Below are positions 51,140 through 63,636 of a stretch of 64,000 nucleotides of DNA, in pieces. Origin of the DNA: Lama guanicoe (taxonomy: Eukaryota). Position 1 is the first letter of the stretch. Every line of letters starts with the position of its first letter. The translations under genes and the position numbers were made by a program. The notes below the pieces were generated by a model, which ran no database searches, was not told where the DNA came from, and worked only from the letters and a program-made list of their open reading frames with translations. The stretch lies in assembly GCA_013239625.1 (NCBI GenBank), contig MU056000.1, positions 372,001 to 436,000 of the forward strand, in the 5' to 3' direction.

Positions 51140-53100
51140 TAAAGAGACAGAATCTTTCCCCCTTTGTTTGCAGCCAAACATTTAAGGAAATCTTTGTCAG
51201 GTCACTGGCTGACCACAGGGATAATGGAAGAGAAATTTCAGTGACACAAAATACGCATTTTGCCAAAGCAGTTTGGAAAAGTCACAAACACACAGTTCCA
51301 GCCCTCAACAGGCAACAACCTGTAACACTTGAGGAGTGAGAGGGTCCGTTACCAGAGCCACCACATTGCCAGACTCAGGATGTCCAGTTACCAACAAAAA
51401 GCCATAAAACATACAAAGAGACAGGAAGCCTAGACTCCCAAATTAACAAAGACATTAAATCAGCTTTAGAGTCTTAAACACGCTCTGGAAGCCGGGGGGC
51501 ATCACAGATACAGGGCTAAAGGAAACAAGGAGACCGGAGCACGGACAGAGGAGGGGAGCAGCAAAGAGGCGGGCAGCGTGCAAAGAAGCCAAACCAACCC
51601 TGGAGCTGAGAAGCACAAACACTGAAACAAAAAGTTCACTACAGAAGCACAACAGACATGAGCGGGCAGAAAAGAGGGTCAGAAACCGGATGACAACGGA
51701 AGTCACCCATTCCGTTCTGACCACACAGAGGAAGAATGGAGGCAGGTGCGCGGAGCCTGGCAGACCCACGGCCTCCACCCAGGGGCGCAGCGCACGCATT
51801 GTGGGGGTCCCGGGACAGAGCAGAAGAATAGCTGAATAAATAATGGCTGAAAACTTCCCAAATCCGATTTTTAAAAACCATGAATCTACAGATTCAAGAA
51901 GCTTAACAAACGCCAAGCAAGACAAACTCAGACAATCCACACAGATTCGCAACAGCCGGATTCTTACCCTAAAGAGGGGATTCTGAAAGCAGCAAGAGAA
52001 GCAGCTAACTCAGGCAGGAGACCTCCAGCATGACCAACAGCCGACTGCTGGGCAGCTTCCACGGAGGCCGGCAGGCAGGGCGTGCCACCGCAGAAGTCCT
52101 GGAGGAAAAACGCCCGCCAACCAAGATTCCAGCACCCCAGACAACGATCTTTTAAGAATGATGGAGAAACTCAGACAGTCTCCAGTACACAAAAGCTGAG
52201 GGGGCTGACCACCAGCAGACCCGCCCTACAGAGACGCTGAAGGGGCTTGCGCGGCTCACACGGCCCTCCAGAGTCTTCAGGCTGAAATGCAGACACTGGG
52301 CGGCAACTCAGAGCCACAGAAGCGGTGGCGAGCCCGGCAAGGTGCCTGCACAGGTCAATGCCTAAGCCGGTGGCAGTGTGCTTTTCTCTGGTGACACCCC
52401 CTCCATGTGACTTACATGCATGGCGCAACTACACGTCTCTGTTCATGGCGCACGGTGTGGCGCTCTCCATGGCAGGAGGGCCGGGTTGTTGGGGGCAGTG
52501 TCTGTGCTGTTGAAACTAAGCCGCTGCTGTTGAGAGCGGCTGCTGTAAATTTAAGATGTTACTTATATGCCTCAAAGCAACCGCTGAGAATGCACAAAAA
52601 TGCACAGAAAGGGAAAGGAGAAGGGACTCAAAATGGCACGGAACAAAGTTCAGCTAAATACAGAGAGCCAGCAACGCAGGGGCTGAGGAAAAGAGAACAC
52701 ACAGAAAACCTGCAGAATACAGACAGCTGTTGGCAGAAGTAAGTCCTTGCTGGTAATTACTTGAAACATAAATGAAGCTGGGCTCACACAGGCCCCCTCA
52801 TCTGCGCAGCCCTCTGTGGTCTGTGGCGGTGTAAACAAGACAAAAACGAAAAACTCCCCAAAACATAAATGAAGCTGGAAAGGGCAGAAATCCTGCAGGA
52901 AGAGGTGAACCTGGACCCCTGCCTCGTTTCATACAAACAAACAGCAGAATAAGGACTCTGGTCTCAAAATAAAAAATTTAACACTTTTGGCACAAAGTAT
53001 AGAAGACTCTCTGGTAGATCTTCAGGTGTAAGAGTTCTTAACCAAGACCAAAAAGCACTATCTCCAAAATGTTTATAAATGTGTCTGTATCAAAGCTCAC
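51140..53100 (+). mobile_element. Old LINE-1 (5' region, ORF1, ORF2 pieces)
   Basis: ATAATGGCTGAAAACTTCCCAAAT...AATCTACAGATTCAAGAAGCT and CTGAAAGCAGCAAGAGAAG (ORF1 IMAENFP...QIQEA, LKAARE). Confidence 0.85.
52764..52878 (+). mobile_element. 79-bp retroposed insert with a perfect 18-bp target-site duplication
   Basis: AAACATAAATGAAGCTGG at 52764-52781 and 52861-52878 flanks an insert that ends in an A-rich tail. Confidence 0.8.
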
Positions 53101-53373
53101 AGCTCAGGCTCATCAAAGGTCTTGTTCCGTTAAACAGCAAGTCGAGCACATGGCATCTCTGCCCGCAACTCACTCCCCTGACAGGGTGTTGGGAACCAGG
53201 CGCACCCACGTGCGCTCGCACACACACGACTTCCCGCACTCAGCTTCCGCCGTCTGAGCGTTGCCCCGCCCGCTCCGCCCCGCTGCGCTGTCACACAAGC
53301 CATCCAGCCCTGTCAGCCTCAGGCTTGGAGGGGCCTGACACGCCTCTGTGGGCCCCACCACGCCCAGCCTTAC

Positions 53374-53425
53374 CTGCAGTGACATGGAGTCCTCCAGGCT
53401 GAGGCTGCCGACGGAGCTTGGGCAC
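53374..53425 (-). CDS. ZDHHC11: ZDHHC11-like exon, 52 bp (phase 2 to 0)
   Basis: ttcctgtcgccgtccag| ... CAG|gtaagg. Encodes CPSSVGSLSLEDSMSLQ. Confidence 0.58.
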
Positions 53426-55120
53426 CTGGACGGCGACAGGAACTCCTTACGCTTCATTCTGCTGGGGTGGCAGGGGACAAGACCCACGTCAACAGGGAAG
53501 CCCCTCCTTGGGGGGGGGGGCTCTCGCAGGGCTGCTGTGTCCTGCAGCGTTGCCGCCATGGTCTCCCACTTGCCTGCACAGCCTCGGATGGGGGGGGGGC
53601 GCTCAGGGGCTCGGGGTTTGTGAGAAACAGGCCCAAGGCTCACATGGGAAGGACATCCATGCTGAGACCTTCCACCCGCTGGTAGAAAATTAAAGCAAAC
53701 CGCCTGGTGGGTTCTAGCAGCTGAAGCCCCTTTACGCTTGGACAAGCAGCTCCTGTGTGCGGTGGGCCCTCCGCACTCCTCCGTGCCCCTCCACCGGGTC
53801 AGCTTCTGCCCCAGTCAGTGTGGCTGCCATGCAGACCGACAGCCCAGAAGCCCCACCCGTCCATCTGCAAGCCTTTGGGGAGAGCCCGCCCTTCCACTCA
53901 GTGTCCCAGGCCCGCATCTTCACACACCAGGCACCACCTGAGGGGCTTCCTCGGGCCAGGTTGAGCCCCAGGCCCTGGTGTCCAGGGGCAGGGGCTCAAC
54001 TGTGCGGTCGGTGTGGCTGGAGTGAGTCTGGCCGCGGCTGTCCAGATGCCAGTTTGTTCACCTGAGCAAATTGCCAGGTTTACCCTAGAAACACTTTGCA
54101 GCAAAAAGGGCCAGACTTGGTTGCGTATCCCGGCCGGGGGACTTGCAAACGTGCACCGTGTCAGTGTAACTACTTTTCACACAGGTAACCCTTCCCTGAA
54201 ACAGGGTTAGCTCGTTTTCCAGGTGGAGACGTAAAGTCTGGACTGAAGACGACAGAACGCTCCAGCAGAGAGGGAGGGGTGCGTCTCAGAGCTGGAAGGG
54301 CCTCCACCCGCCAGCATCCCACCCTGCCCTCCTCCTGGCAGAAGGGTGTTCTCAGCACGGAGGCTTTCAAGGCCAGTCTCCCAAGTCTCGTCCAGGAAGC
54401 CTGCGCCTCTGGGCTGCAGGCTGGGGAGACAGGGACGCCCCCAGGGCCGAGGCCCAGGACGCTGGAGCTTCCAGACCAAGACTCAGGAAGGCGGTGGGAC
54501 TTCCTCGTGGAGCTGGGCTGCTGGGGGCACGGCGCTGGTCCCCCCAGAACACGACCATTAATAAAACGGGGGAGGAGGACGGGTCCCCAGACCCCCGTGC
54601 CCGCCGGCCTAGCCTGTCGGCGTGAGTGGGTTTGTGAGCGTGCGGAGGGACGGAGCGGTGTTCACGCTCTGCGGGCGTCGCCCTCGAGGGGCTGTTTTAT
54701 GTCGCACGCTGTTACCGCTGTGTTTCGATGCGTACGACGAACACCTAGTTGGGTACTAAAGACTCAGGCTCCCCTCATCCCAAAGTCGCCCCAACCCAGG
54801 GCTGCCGGCCGGGACGGCCGGAGCCAGCTGGCCCCCGACCCATCATGACGCAGACCTGGCCCCACGCACGTTCACAGGGAGAGGAATGCGTGAGCGCTAC
54901 TCGTGTCTGCGTGTCAGCCCAGACGTCAGTGCAGGAAGACGCGGGGGAGGAAAGAGGGCCCTTCGAGCCGGGGAGGCGTGGGGGCACACGGAGGAGCCGG
55001 CGAGGCGGGGGCGGCCACTAGCAGCTTCGTGTTCTGTCCATGCCCCGTGGCCTCTGCGGAGGAATTACTGTCCCGAGGAACCCGAGTTCAGATGGGCTTA
55101 GAGCTACTTCTCAGACTCAC

Positions 55121-55140
55121 CTCGGTGCAGGTGAGCTCAG
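55121..55140 (-). CDS. ZDHHC11: Candidate 20-nt microexon (phase 0 to 2)
   Basis: ttcccgccctctccccg...gcccag|CTGAGCTCACCTGCACCGAG|gtgagt. Encodes LSSPAP(R) and bridges the phases of the flanking exons. Confidence 0.5.
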
Positions 55141-55334
55141 CTGGGCAGCCAGTTCCGGTCGGGGAGAGGGCGGGAACAGTCACCCCTGGGGTTAGGAAGG
55201 AGCCCTGCTGACCTGCGCTTGCCTCCCCCACGTTCAAGCCCAGTATCGGAGGATTCGGGTCACGCTACCTCGGGGGCTCCTGGGTCCGGGGAAGGGCCCC
55301 TGGTGGCGCGGCCCCTCCCCCCACCCCCGAGTTC

Positions 55335-55650
55335 CGGCCGGAACTGTGTCCCCTCCCATTTCACGCGCTGAAGTCCTGGCCCTGGAGACTTGGAACGTGA
55401 CCGCATCTGGGGACGGGGCCTCTGCAGGGGCCGTGATGTTAAATGAGGCCACGGCGGGGGTGGTCCTGCCCTTGTGTCCTTGTGCCAAGAGGAGATCAGG
55501 GCCCAGCTGCCGGACAGCACGGAGGGCACAGCCAAGGATGGGGCCTCAGGGGACTCCAAACTCAGTGACGTCCTGATCTCGGAGCTTGGCCGCCAGAACC
55601 TGAGGACATAAACCCTGGGCTCTGGCCCTTTGTGACGGCAGCCCCATGTG
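55335..55650 (+). mobile_element. MLT1-type solo LTR, diverged
   Basis: GAACTGTGTCCCCTCCCATTTCACGCGCTGAAGTCCT...GTGACCGCATCTGGGGACGGGGCC...GTTAAATGAGGCC...TTTGTGACGGCAGCCC. Confidence 0.75.
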
Positions 55651-55929
55651 CCCACCCTCCACTCTCTCGGTAAAGCCGGGCACGGGGTGGCTGGGCCACA
55701 TGAAAGGACGAGTTTGACTAGAGGTGCCGACGGCCTGGCCTCCCCGTGTCTCAGCCCCACGGGGTGTCGGTGCCCGTTCCGGTTAGAGCCCCGCCGGCGG
55801 GGCGTGGCGGCTGTGACCGTGGCTTTAGTCCGTTCCCTCACCACCTGACGGTGTCGGCGTCTGTCCACGTGCTCACTCGCCACGGGTCCCGCTGGTGAAG
55901 TCGGTTCAGATCTAACCCCAACCCTAACT

Positions 55930-56480
55930 CAAAGTTTTGATGAAGCCCAATGTACCATTTTTTCCTTCTCTTTTCAGCTAAAACAATTTAAGTATTACTT
56001 CATACATTTTTACTCTAAAAATCATGCAAGCACACATGACACGTTAGCTAACAGTTACCGAGGTTCAGTCACCCTAGTGTGTTTCCGCGCATCTCCTGTC
56101 AGCCTTCTCTTCCCTGGTCACAGGTGTGGGGTTTGCGCACGTGGCCGCAGCTGTGCCGCACGTGTGATCTAGACCCTGCTTTCCCTGCTTACCAGGTCAC
56201 AAGCATGCACGGTTTTATTGCCTTGTCTTCAAAGCCAGAATCCTCATCGTCTATCAGGACTGGGCATCCGGCCTGTTCGACGTGATCGTTCACCCAAATT
56301 TGGGTTGTTGGTGACTTCAGGCGTTCGTTATTGTAAACGTGTCACCGTGAGCACCTCTGCAGGGAAGCGCAGTCTGCGCTCGTGGCTGGGTCTTTGCTCG
56401 TAACAGACACTCGAGTGCTTCCTGCGTGCGGGGGGCTGTGCCAGGGCGTGAGTTATCTTGTCTAATCTCTACCAGAAAAC
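55930..56480 (-). mobile_element. Old LINE-1 3' fragment, antisense
   Basis: TTGGTGACTTCAGGCGTTCGTTATTGTAAACGTGTCACCGTGAGCAC resembles a degraded antisense L1 3' segment. Confidence 0.5.
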
Positions 56481-57692
56481 CTGGAGGCAGATGACTTTGT
56501 CACCCTCGGCTCACAGAGGGGAAGACCTGCACAGGCTCCCCGCCCGGGGAGCCGGCAGCGCTGGGTTGGACCAGGAACCCTTAGGGTCTATTTTCTTCTC
56601 GGGTGGGCAGTTCCTGGGTCGCGGGTTTATTAACAGGTTTGCCCAAAGGAAGCCCTTTGTAAAAACAACCCTTACGTGCCAACGCACATCATGGTGGCGG
56701 CACTGGGCATCTAAGAGAGTGGACGGTGTGCATCCGCTGTGTGTCGGATGCTGGGGGTGCCAGCTGACCTGGCTGTGTGATCGTCTCACATGGTGATAGA
56801 GTCGTGCTTGTGGTGCCACATCAGGGAAGGCTGTGCCCAACACAGGAGCACACACGTTTTAGGGTGTGACTTCTCCCAGGAGCACAAAGTCGGGGGAAAC
56901 ACAGCGACAGTGCCGGCGCCCACGGAAGGGCTTCGGCCATTCAGACAGACCGTTACAACCAGGCGGGCCCGGTCCGCACGCCCACCTTTATCATTTGCTT
57001 CTTGGAGGCTGAGCGCACTGTCTGGGCCCCTGTGCCGAGTGTGACATCCACCGCATGAGAGGGCAGGGCCAGGCTGGGGCGCCACCAGATGGTCGGTGCC
57101 TCTGCCACCGCTGTGCCGGGAGGGGTCGCGGGAAGTGGCTGGGGGGGAGGTCACGCCGTAACTGGCCATAGTTTAAGCTGTGACCTCGTCACACGGCGTT
57201 AAACCGAAGACCCTCAGACTCTACCCCTCTCTGGGCACGGAAGCTGCCTCTGGAGGTCATGCCAGCCCCACCGAGGACCAGCCCCAGTCTCTCCAACTGA
57301 ACTCTGACCCCGGGCTCCGACGGCTCGGTGATGGATGCAGGGACCTTGTGCCCCTGCTGCCCAGAGACTCTCAGGGCAGCCCTTGTCTGGGGTGGTAAGT
57401 GGCCCGTGGAGACCACGGGGACAGAGTGCTGTCGGGGACACCGGCTGGTTTCCCTGCACCAGGCTTGAGCCACGCGCTTCCCTGCCTGTTCCTCTGTCTC
57501 ACACATGGCCCCGCAGTTGAGAATGCTTTGTGTCACTCACTTGATTTTTCTGCTTTTCCTCACCCGGGCAGCCTCCTGGGGCCACCACAGATGCTCAGAC
57601 AAGCCCATCAGACAAGCAAGCCCGGTGCTGGTGTCCTCACCCCGCTCTCGGGGGCGGGACCCCACCCGGCTCCCCCCAGGCCTGAGGCTCAC

Positions 57693-57783
57693 CTGGCTCA
57701 GCGAGGAGCTCTCGCTGCAGCTGGTGGTGGTGGAGGGCTGGATGGAGAGTGCAGTGGACGACAGGAGCTCCAGGGACTTCAGG
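57693..57783 (-). CDS. ZDHHC11: ZDHHC11-like exon, 91 bp (phase 2 to 0), Ser/Thr-rich
   Basis: cctttccccgcccaccccctccag| ... CAG|gtgagc. Encodes LKSLELLSSTALSIQPSTTTSCSESSSLSQ. Confidence 0.68.
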
Positions 57784-58147
57784 CTGGAGGGGGTGGGCGG
57801 GGAAAGGCACACGCATCAGCGAAGCCTGTCTGCGGCGGGGGAGGCTCCGGGGGGCCGCCGAAAGCTGCGGTACCACCCAGCGCTCAACACTGTGGCCCTG
57901 CTTCTCCTGCAGAACCCGGGAAGCCGGCAGTCCCTGGGAAGCTGCGTTTGTGTTCCGGTTCCAGGCCCCGGGGAGGGGTAGGGCAGCAGGGGGAGAAGCC
58001 TGGACAGCGGGAGGCTGGTCCGTGCGGACCAGGACCAGGGCCGGGCCCGGCCTGGGTTTGGTGGGGAGGAGTTTCGGGGTCTCTGAGAGGAGCGGTGGTG
58101 TGGCTCGGAGGTCGTGGGTCCCTCGGTGAACGTGGACGGGGTAAGTG

Positions 58148-58470
58148 AGCTGAATAGTGTCCTCCAGAAACTCGTGTCCCCCCACGACCTCCTTGTTTCA
58201 AACGTGATTAGGGCCCTCGAGGTGTCCTCATCCCGGGACGAGGGTGGGCCCTCGACCCCTGACTCACCGTGTCCTTCCAGGGAGAGGCTGGCCAGGGCTA
58301 GCGGGAGGTGCCCCAAGCCTGGGACACAGGGGCCCGGGCCAGCAGCAGCAGGGTCCTCAGAGCTGCGGACAGCGCCCTGCGACCCCTGGGTTGGGCTTCT
58401 GGCCGCCAACCCGAAACAGAACAAATTTCTTTCGTGGTAACCCACGAGGCCGTGGGAGTTTGTGGTGTTA
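58148..58470 (+). mobile_element. MLT1-type solo LTR, diverged
   Basis: GCTGAATAGTGTCCTCCAGAAACTCGTGTCC...GAGGGTGGGCCCT...CAGAACAAATTTCT. Confidence 0.68.
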
Positions 58471-59565
58471 AACCTTAAACTATCACAAGAGGGCTGTGCT
58501 GAGTTATCCACGGAGGCCCAGGGTGGTCGGGGTCTGTCTCACCCGGGGGCACGGCTGACTAACCCACGCACCGGCACCATGTCCCTGGGCACGAGGAGTG
58601 GCAGCTGTGTGGGGTGTCATAAAAGTTGCCCACGATATTCTAGGGGGGACGGATAAAGTAGGAGGCTGCAGGCTGGCGTGCGCGGCACCACCCGGGCTTC
58701 TCGTGGGGCCTGTGTGCGTGGCAGAAAGCGGCAGCTGCACAGAGCTTCCCCCTGAGCTGGCACTGGGGGCGTCGGGGGGGGGTGTTTCACCCACTCCCCT
58801 GCAGTTGAAGTCACACCTGAGTGTATGCCACGGGTTTAATTTTTAAGATGCAGTTAGGTACTATTAGTATTAAAGACCACCTCCTACCGTCTAAATGTGG
58901 CCCCCATGGCCCTCCCCGTCTCTGAGTGGTCCCATGTGGCCATCGGACCCTGTCAGCAGAGTTTGTAACCTCTGGGGGCCTGGGCCAGGGGAGCAGCAGC
59001 AGCGTCCAGAGTAGGGGTCAGGGCTGTGCCGTGCAGGGTGGGGGTGAGCACCCCGCGGGGACCCCGCGTGGCCTCTCCCACACGGCTCGGCAGTCAGTGC
59101 CCCTGCAGCGCGATGGGAAGGCAGGGAGGGCCTGGAGGGTGTCATCTGAGGGCTGGAGAGGGGCGTTGTGCACACGGGACGGTGCAGGCAAGCAGCTCGT
59201 TCTTTTTATCTTTTTAAAAACCCATTAGCTAAACACTCATGAAAAGCATTTGATAAAAGTAGCTTTGCCCCTGGTTTTACTGCGAAATAATTGGCACATC
59301 GTGCAGGTTTAAGGCACACGACACGATTCGGTTTTGTATGTGCTGCGGAGCGATCAGCACAGCGAGCTAGCACTCCTCACCTCAGGTAGCTGCAGTTACT
59401 TCCCTTGAGGTGAGAACTTCAAGATCTACTCTCAGAGCCACTCTCCAGGCCGTGACCAGTACTGCTCACCTGAAGGTGCACATTCTCGTTGTGTCCCAGT
59501 CAGTCGTGTCTGACTTGGGGGAAGCTGTGATGGGGTGAGCTATTTTATGTGTTGGAAGAGGGCAA

Positions 59566-59811
59566 AGCAACATGGGTTTGAACTGTGTGGGCCCACTTAT
59601 GTGTGGTTTATTTTGGACCCTCCGTGTTCACAGGTTCCACATATGAGGACTCACCCAAGCCTGGCTTGAAATTCCCATCTGTGGTTGGTTGAGCCCTCAG
59701 ATCCAGAACCGGCAGACATGGGGAACTGACTGTGCAACTTGGACATCTGTGGGTTTTGGTGAATGCAGGGGCTTCTGGCACCGACCCCGCAAGGGTACCA
59801 TGGGACAACTG
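59566..59811. mobile_element. Tigger/MER2-type Tc1-mariner non-autonomous DNA transposon
   Basis: CAACATGGGTTTGAACTGTGTGGGCCCACTTAT at the left end, GGTACCATGGGACAACTG at the right end (CAGTTGTCCC TIR-like on -), and an internal imperfect palindrome. Confidence 0.7.
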
Positions 59812-59814
59812 CAT

Positions 59815-60180
59815 TGGAACCCGAGTTCCTAGGACCTCGGAACGTGACCTTAATTGGAGAGTGGGTCTTTCAGAAGCCATGAACTTAAAATGAGGTCGTG
59901 AGGGTGGGTACTAATCCAATAGAAATGGCAGCCTTATAAAAAGGCTGAGTCTGTCTCCAGAGACAGACAGGCTTGGAGGGAGAACAACGTGGGGAGACAC
60001 GGAGACCACCACCACTACAAGCCACGGACAGGGGCTCGGAGCGGGCCTCTCATGATCAGGAGGACCCCCTCGCTGACACCTGGACTCCAGACTTCTGCCC
60101 TCCAGACAGCAGGAGAACCCGCTTCTGTTTTTAAACCGCCTGCCTGTGGTGCTTTGTCATGGCAGCCCTAGCGAATGGAA
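59815..60180 (+). mobile_element. MLT1-type solo LTR
   Basis: GTGACCTTAATTGGAGAGTGGGTCTTT...TTAAAATGAGGTC...CTAATCCAATA...CCTTATAAAAAGG...TTTGTCATGGCAGCCCTAGC. Confidence 0.85.
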
Positions 60181-60758
60181 GCACCTACCGTAGCACCGAG
60201 CACGTTCCCTGTTCTCCACATCCGACGAGGAGATGAGTGCACAGGCTCACTGCGGAGACAGTGTGCGCGTCCCCGCGATGCTGGCCTTCATAGTGGCCAC
60301 TCTCTGCTTTTGTGATTTTGAAGGTGGAAAGGCCATGCGCACTGCGTGCGCGCGTGTGCAGTGTTCCGGGACAGAGAGGTCATTAACTTAGCGTTTGCTA
60401 ATACGCAACACTGACACAAGGTGCGTAGGCCTGACCCTCAGAGCTTGGATGAGACCAGACGTCATCAAAGGTCATAGAAAGACATTCAGAGCCAGCGGGC
60501 CCTGCTCTCTGACTGGCAGAGGGCGACGGGCATGGCCTGACTTCCGGTCAGTTGTGTGGAGGGAGAGAGGCTCTGTCGTTTTGTAAGTGAGGTAAGTTGA
60601 GAACGAGCTACAGGAGCGCCTGTCAGTGTTAGTAATGGCAAGTGAGAGCTCTGTCTCCCGTTGCGCTCTCACGCCACCTAAAAGTGTTCCGTCACCTGAG
60701 CTGAGAGGAGAATGTGGCTGTTCCTCAGACAGAGCACCTGGAGGAAGCCCTGACTTAC

Positions 60759-60793
60759 CCCTGCACCGACCAGCTCTTGCTGATGGCAGCTTC
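60759..60793 (-). CDS. ZDHHC11: ZDHHC11-like exon, 35 bp (phase 0 to 2)
   Basis: tcttcattttcattccccctcacag| ... GGG|gtaagt. Encodes EAAISKSWSVQ(G). I recall 35-bp exons in the human ZDHHC11 tail. Confidence 0.72.
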
Positions 60794-61199
60794 CTGTGAG
60801 GGGGAATGAAAATGAAGACATTGTAAGAGGAGAAACTGTTGCTATTTAGGGTATTTTTCAGAAAATTCAAACCTATTGTCATTTGATTTCAAGTCACAGC
60901 ACCGCAGGGACTCCTGAGGTGGGGCAGTGCCTTTCCCCAGCCGTGTTCCGAGCTCGCGAGGACCCGGCAGTGGGACGGCGGGGCCGCGCGGAGGGAGCAC
61001 CGAGGTGTTAGACCCCGCCCACCGCGGCTCGCTGTGCGGCGGGAGTCAGACTTCTGACTCACCAGCGCTCGGCACATGGGTCTGTTGCACTTCGGCCCCT
61101 CTAGTCCACGGGCAGTGGTGCCTTCCAGGGCTATAAACTGGCGCCCCCAACCCTGGCGATGCTGCCCACCTTGGCACGTGCTCATTTGCCCCCCAAATA

Positions 61200-63000
61200 C
61201 CCGTTTGCTGCAGTTTGTTCAAGGCTCTTGCTCGTTAAAAAAAACGGGTTGTTGGGGTCTGAGAAGTCCTTATGTATTCTGGATACAAGTGCATATTCCA
61301 GTCTGTGACTTACGTTTTAATTTTTGTAATGGTGACTTTGAAAGAGCAAGTGTTTTTAAGTTTGATAATGCCCAATTTTTCATTTTTTTCTTTACTTGTA
61401 CTCTTGGTATCATATTAAAGAAAACGTGGCCTAACTCGAGATCACAAAGATTCTCCTCTGTTCTCTTCCTAAAGCTTGTAGTTTAGCTCTTAAAGTTAGC
61501 TTCGCGAGTGAGTTTGAGCTATTTGTGTGGGTGCTGTGAAGCGGGGCATTACGTTCATTTTTTTTAATCTTGCATGCGGTTATCCAATTATTCCAGCACT
61601 ATTTACTGAAAATGTTCACATTTCTCCCCATTGAATTGCCTTGGCACCTTGGTTTAAAGTCCATTGGCCAGAAATGTGAAGGTTTTATTTCTGGAGTTTC
61701 CATTCTGTCCGTTGGTCTGTGTGTCTGTCCTTATGCTGGCGCCGTACCGTCTTGGCTACTATAGCTTCACAGTGAATTTTGAAGTCAGACTGCGTTAAGC
61801 CCTACAGTTTGGTTCTTTTTCCAAATTATTCCTGCTACTCCAAGTCCTCTGAATTCCTGTATACATTTTGAGATCAACTTGCTCTTTCCTTAAAGAAACA
61901 ACCTTCCTGGGAATTCATGGTCAGCCTGTAGATCAGCCGGGGGAAGTTCTTCCCGTCATGACGATACTGGGTGCTCCAGTCCATGAACACGGTAAACCTT
62001 TCACCTGGAGGGTGTTTAACTTCTCCTGCAATAGCTCCTGGATTTACACATACAGATTTGTACTTGTTTTTGTTATTTTATTATTTTTGATGCTACTGTG
62101 AATGAAACAATTTTCTTAATAGCATTTTCAGATTTTTTATTGCTAGTATATAGACGTATGACCGTTTTTAATATTGATTTTGTATCCCACCACCTGGCCA
62201 AGCAACCTTAATTCTACGAGCTCTTTTGCAGATTTGTTAGGGTCATGTAGTTAAGTGCAGTTTCACTTTCAAATCTATATGCCTTTAATTTAGAATTCTC
62301 TCTCTACTGCACCACCTGGAACTTTAGTAAAATGTCCAAGAGAAGTGTGGAATGGACATTCTTACCTTGGCCCCAGTCTCAAGGGGAAAGCGTTTGATGG
62401 GAGCTAATACGTGTTCACTGTCAGTGTCGTCAGTCTCTTGATCAGACTGAGGGTGTTTCTCCCTCTCAGCTGTGAAATTGTTTTTATCATGAATGTGTTA
62501 TTAGCAAATGCTCTTTCTGATTGACATGTCATGTGTTTATTGTACTTTATTTTCAGATGTTAGGCTGACCCTGCATTCCTGGAGCAGACCTCTCCTAGTC
62601 GTGGTGTGCGACCCTGCATATATGGGACTCATTTGGTTCGCTAATGTGTTGTTAATGGTATTTGCCTCTATGTCCATGGGTGATACTGGCTTCTGCTAAT
62701 CTGCTTTTGGTGACATTGTCCGGCCTTGGTATTATGTGCTGGCCTCACAGAATGCGTTGGGAAGTGTTTCTTCCTCCTCTATTTTCTGAGAGTTTGTGCA
62801 TAATTTTTTTTTCTTAAAATATCGGGTAGAATTCACCAATAAAGTCATGAGGGTCTGGGATTTTCTTTGTGGGGAATTTAAAATCAGCAGTTCAGTATCT
62901 TTACCTGTTATATGTCCATTCAAGCTGCCCATTTCTTCTTCTCAGTCTGATCATTTTTGTCAATTAAGTAGACCAGTAAGTCCTTTTCTTAGGTGACAAA
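61200..63000 (-). mobile_element. Old LINE-1 ORF2 fragment, antisense
   Basis: TCCAATTATTCCAGCACTATTTACTGAAAA and GCTGGCCTCACAGAATGCGTTGGGAAGTGTTTCTTCCTC; the minus ORF reads KIEEEETLPNAFCEAS. Confidence 0.9.
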
Positions 63001-63636
63001 GTCTATTCCAACTCTTCCACAGAGAAAACAGAGTGGCCTGTGACCTTTAGAAATCAGCACAGGCACAAACCCCACTTGAAAATGACCCTCAGAAGCCCCT
63101 GGGGCCCCTGGCCTGTGGGTGGCCTTACAAGCCTCTGAAGACAAGGCGCTCTGTGGCACACCCGGACGGCACACTCAGACACGCGCGGAGCCTGCAATCC
63201 CGTCCACGTCTGTCACCTACACAGTGTTACTTCCTAACATTTATTTCCAAACATCCAGCGAAGTTGAAAGGATTGTCCAGGACACCCAAACACTCAGCAC
63301 CTAGGTTCTATCGCTGCTGGCCTTTTTCGGTGTATTCTCGTCGCGTCCGTCCTTTTCTGGTGCATTTCCAAGCTGGCGCACGCGGACGTGCATTTCCTTC
63401 ACTGAAGCAGTTTTCGTCCTGCATCTCTCGCAGCACGAGCCCCACCCTTAACAGCAGCTCTGTCCCGCGCTCTCTCTTCTCTTCCCCACCCCCCTCTGCC
63501 CCTACTTGAGGAGCTCTGAGGAGCACCCTGGGTACCACACACGTGCTTTGATTCAGTGCAACAAGCAGTTCCAAATGCTGCTCTGTCCTCACTCCTGGAG
63601 GCCCTGGTCTGACTCTTGCCGGTGGCCTGGGCTTAC

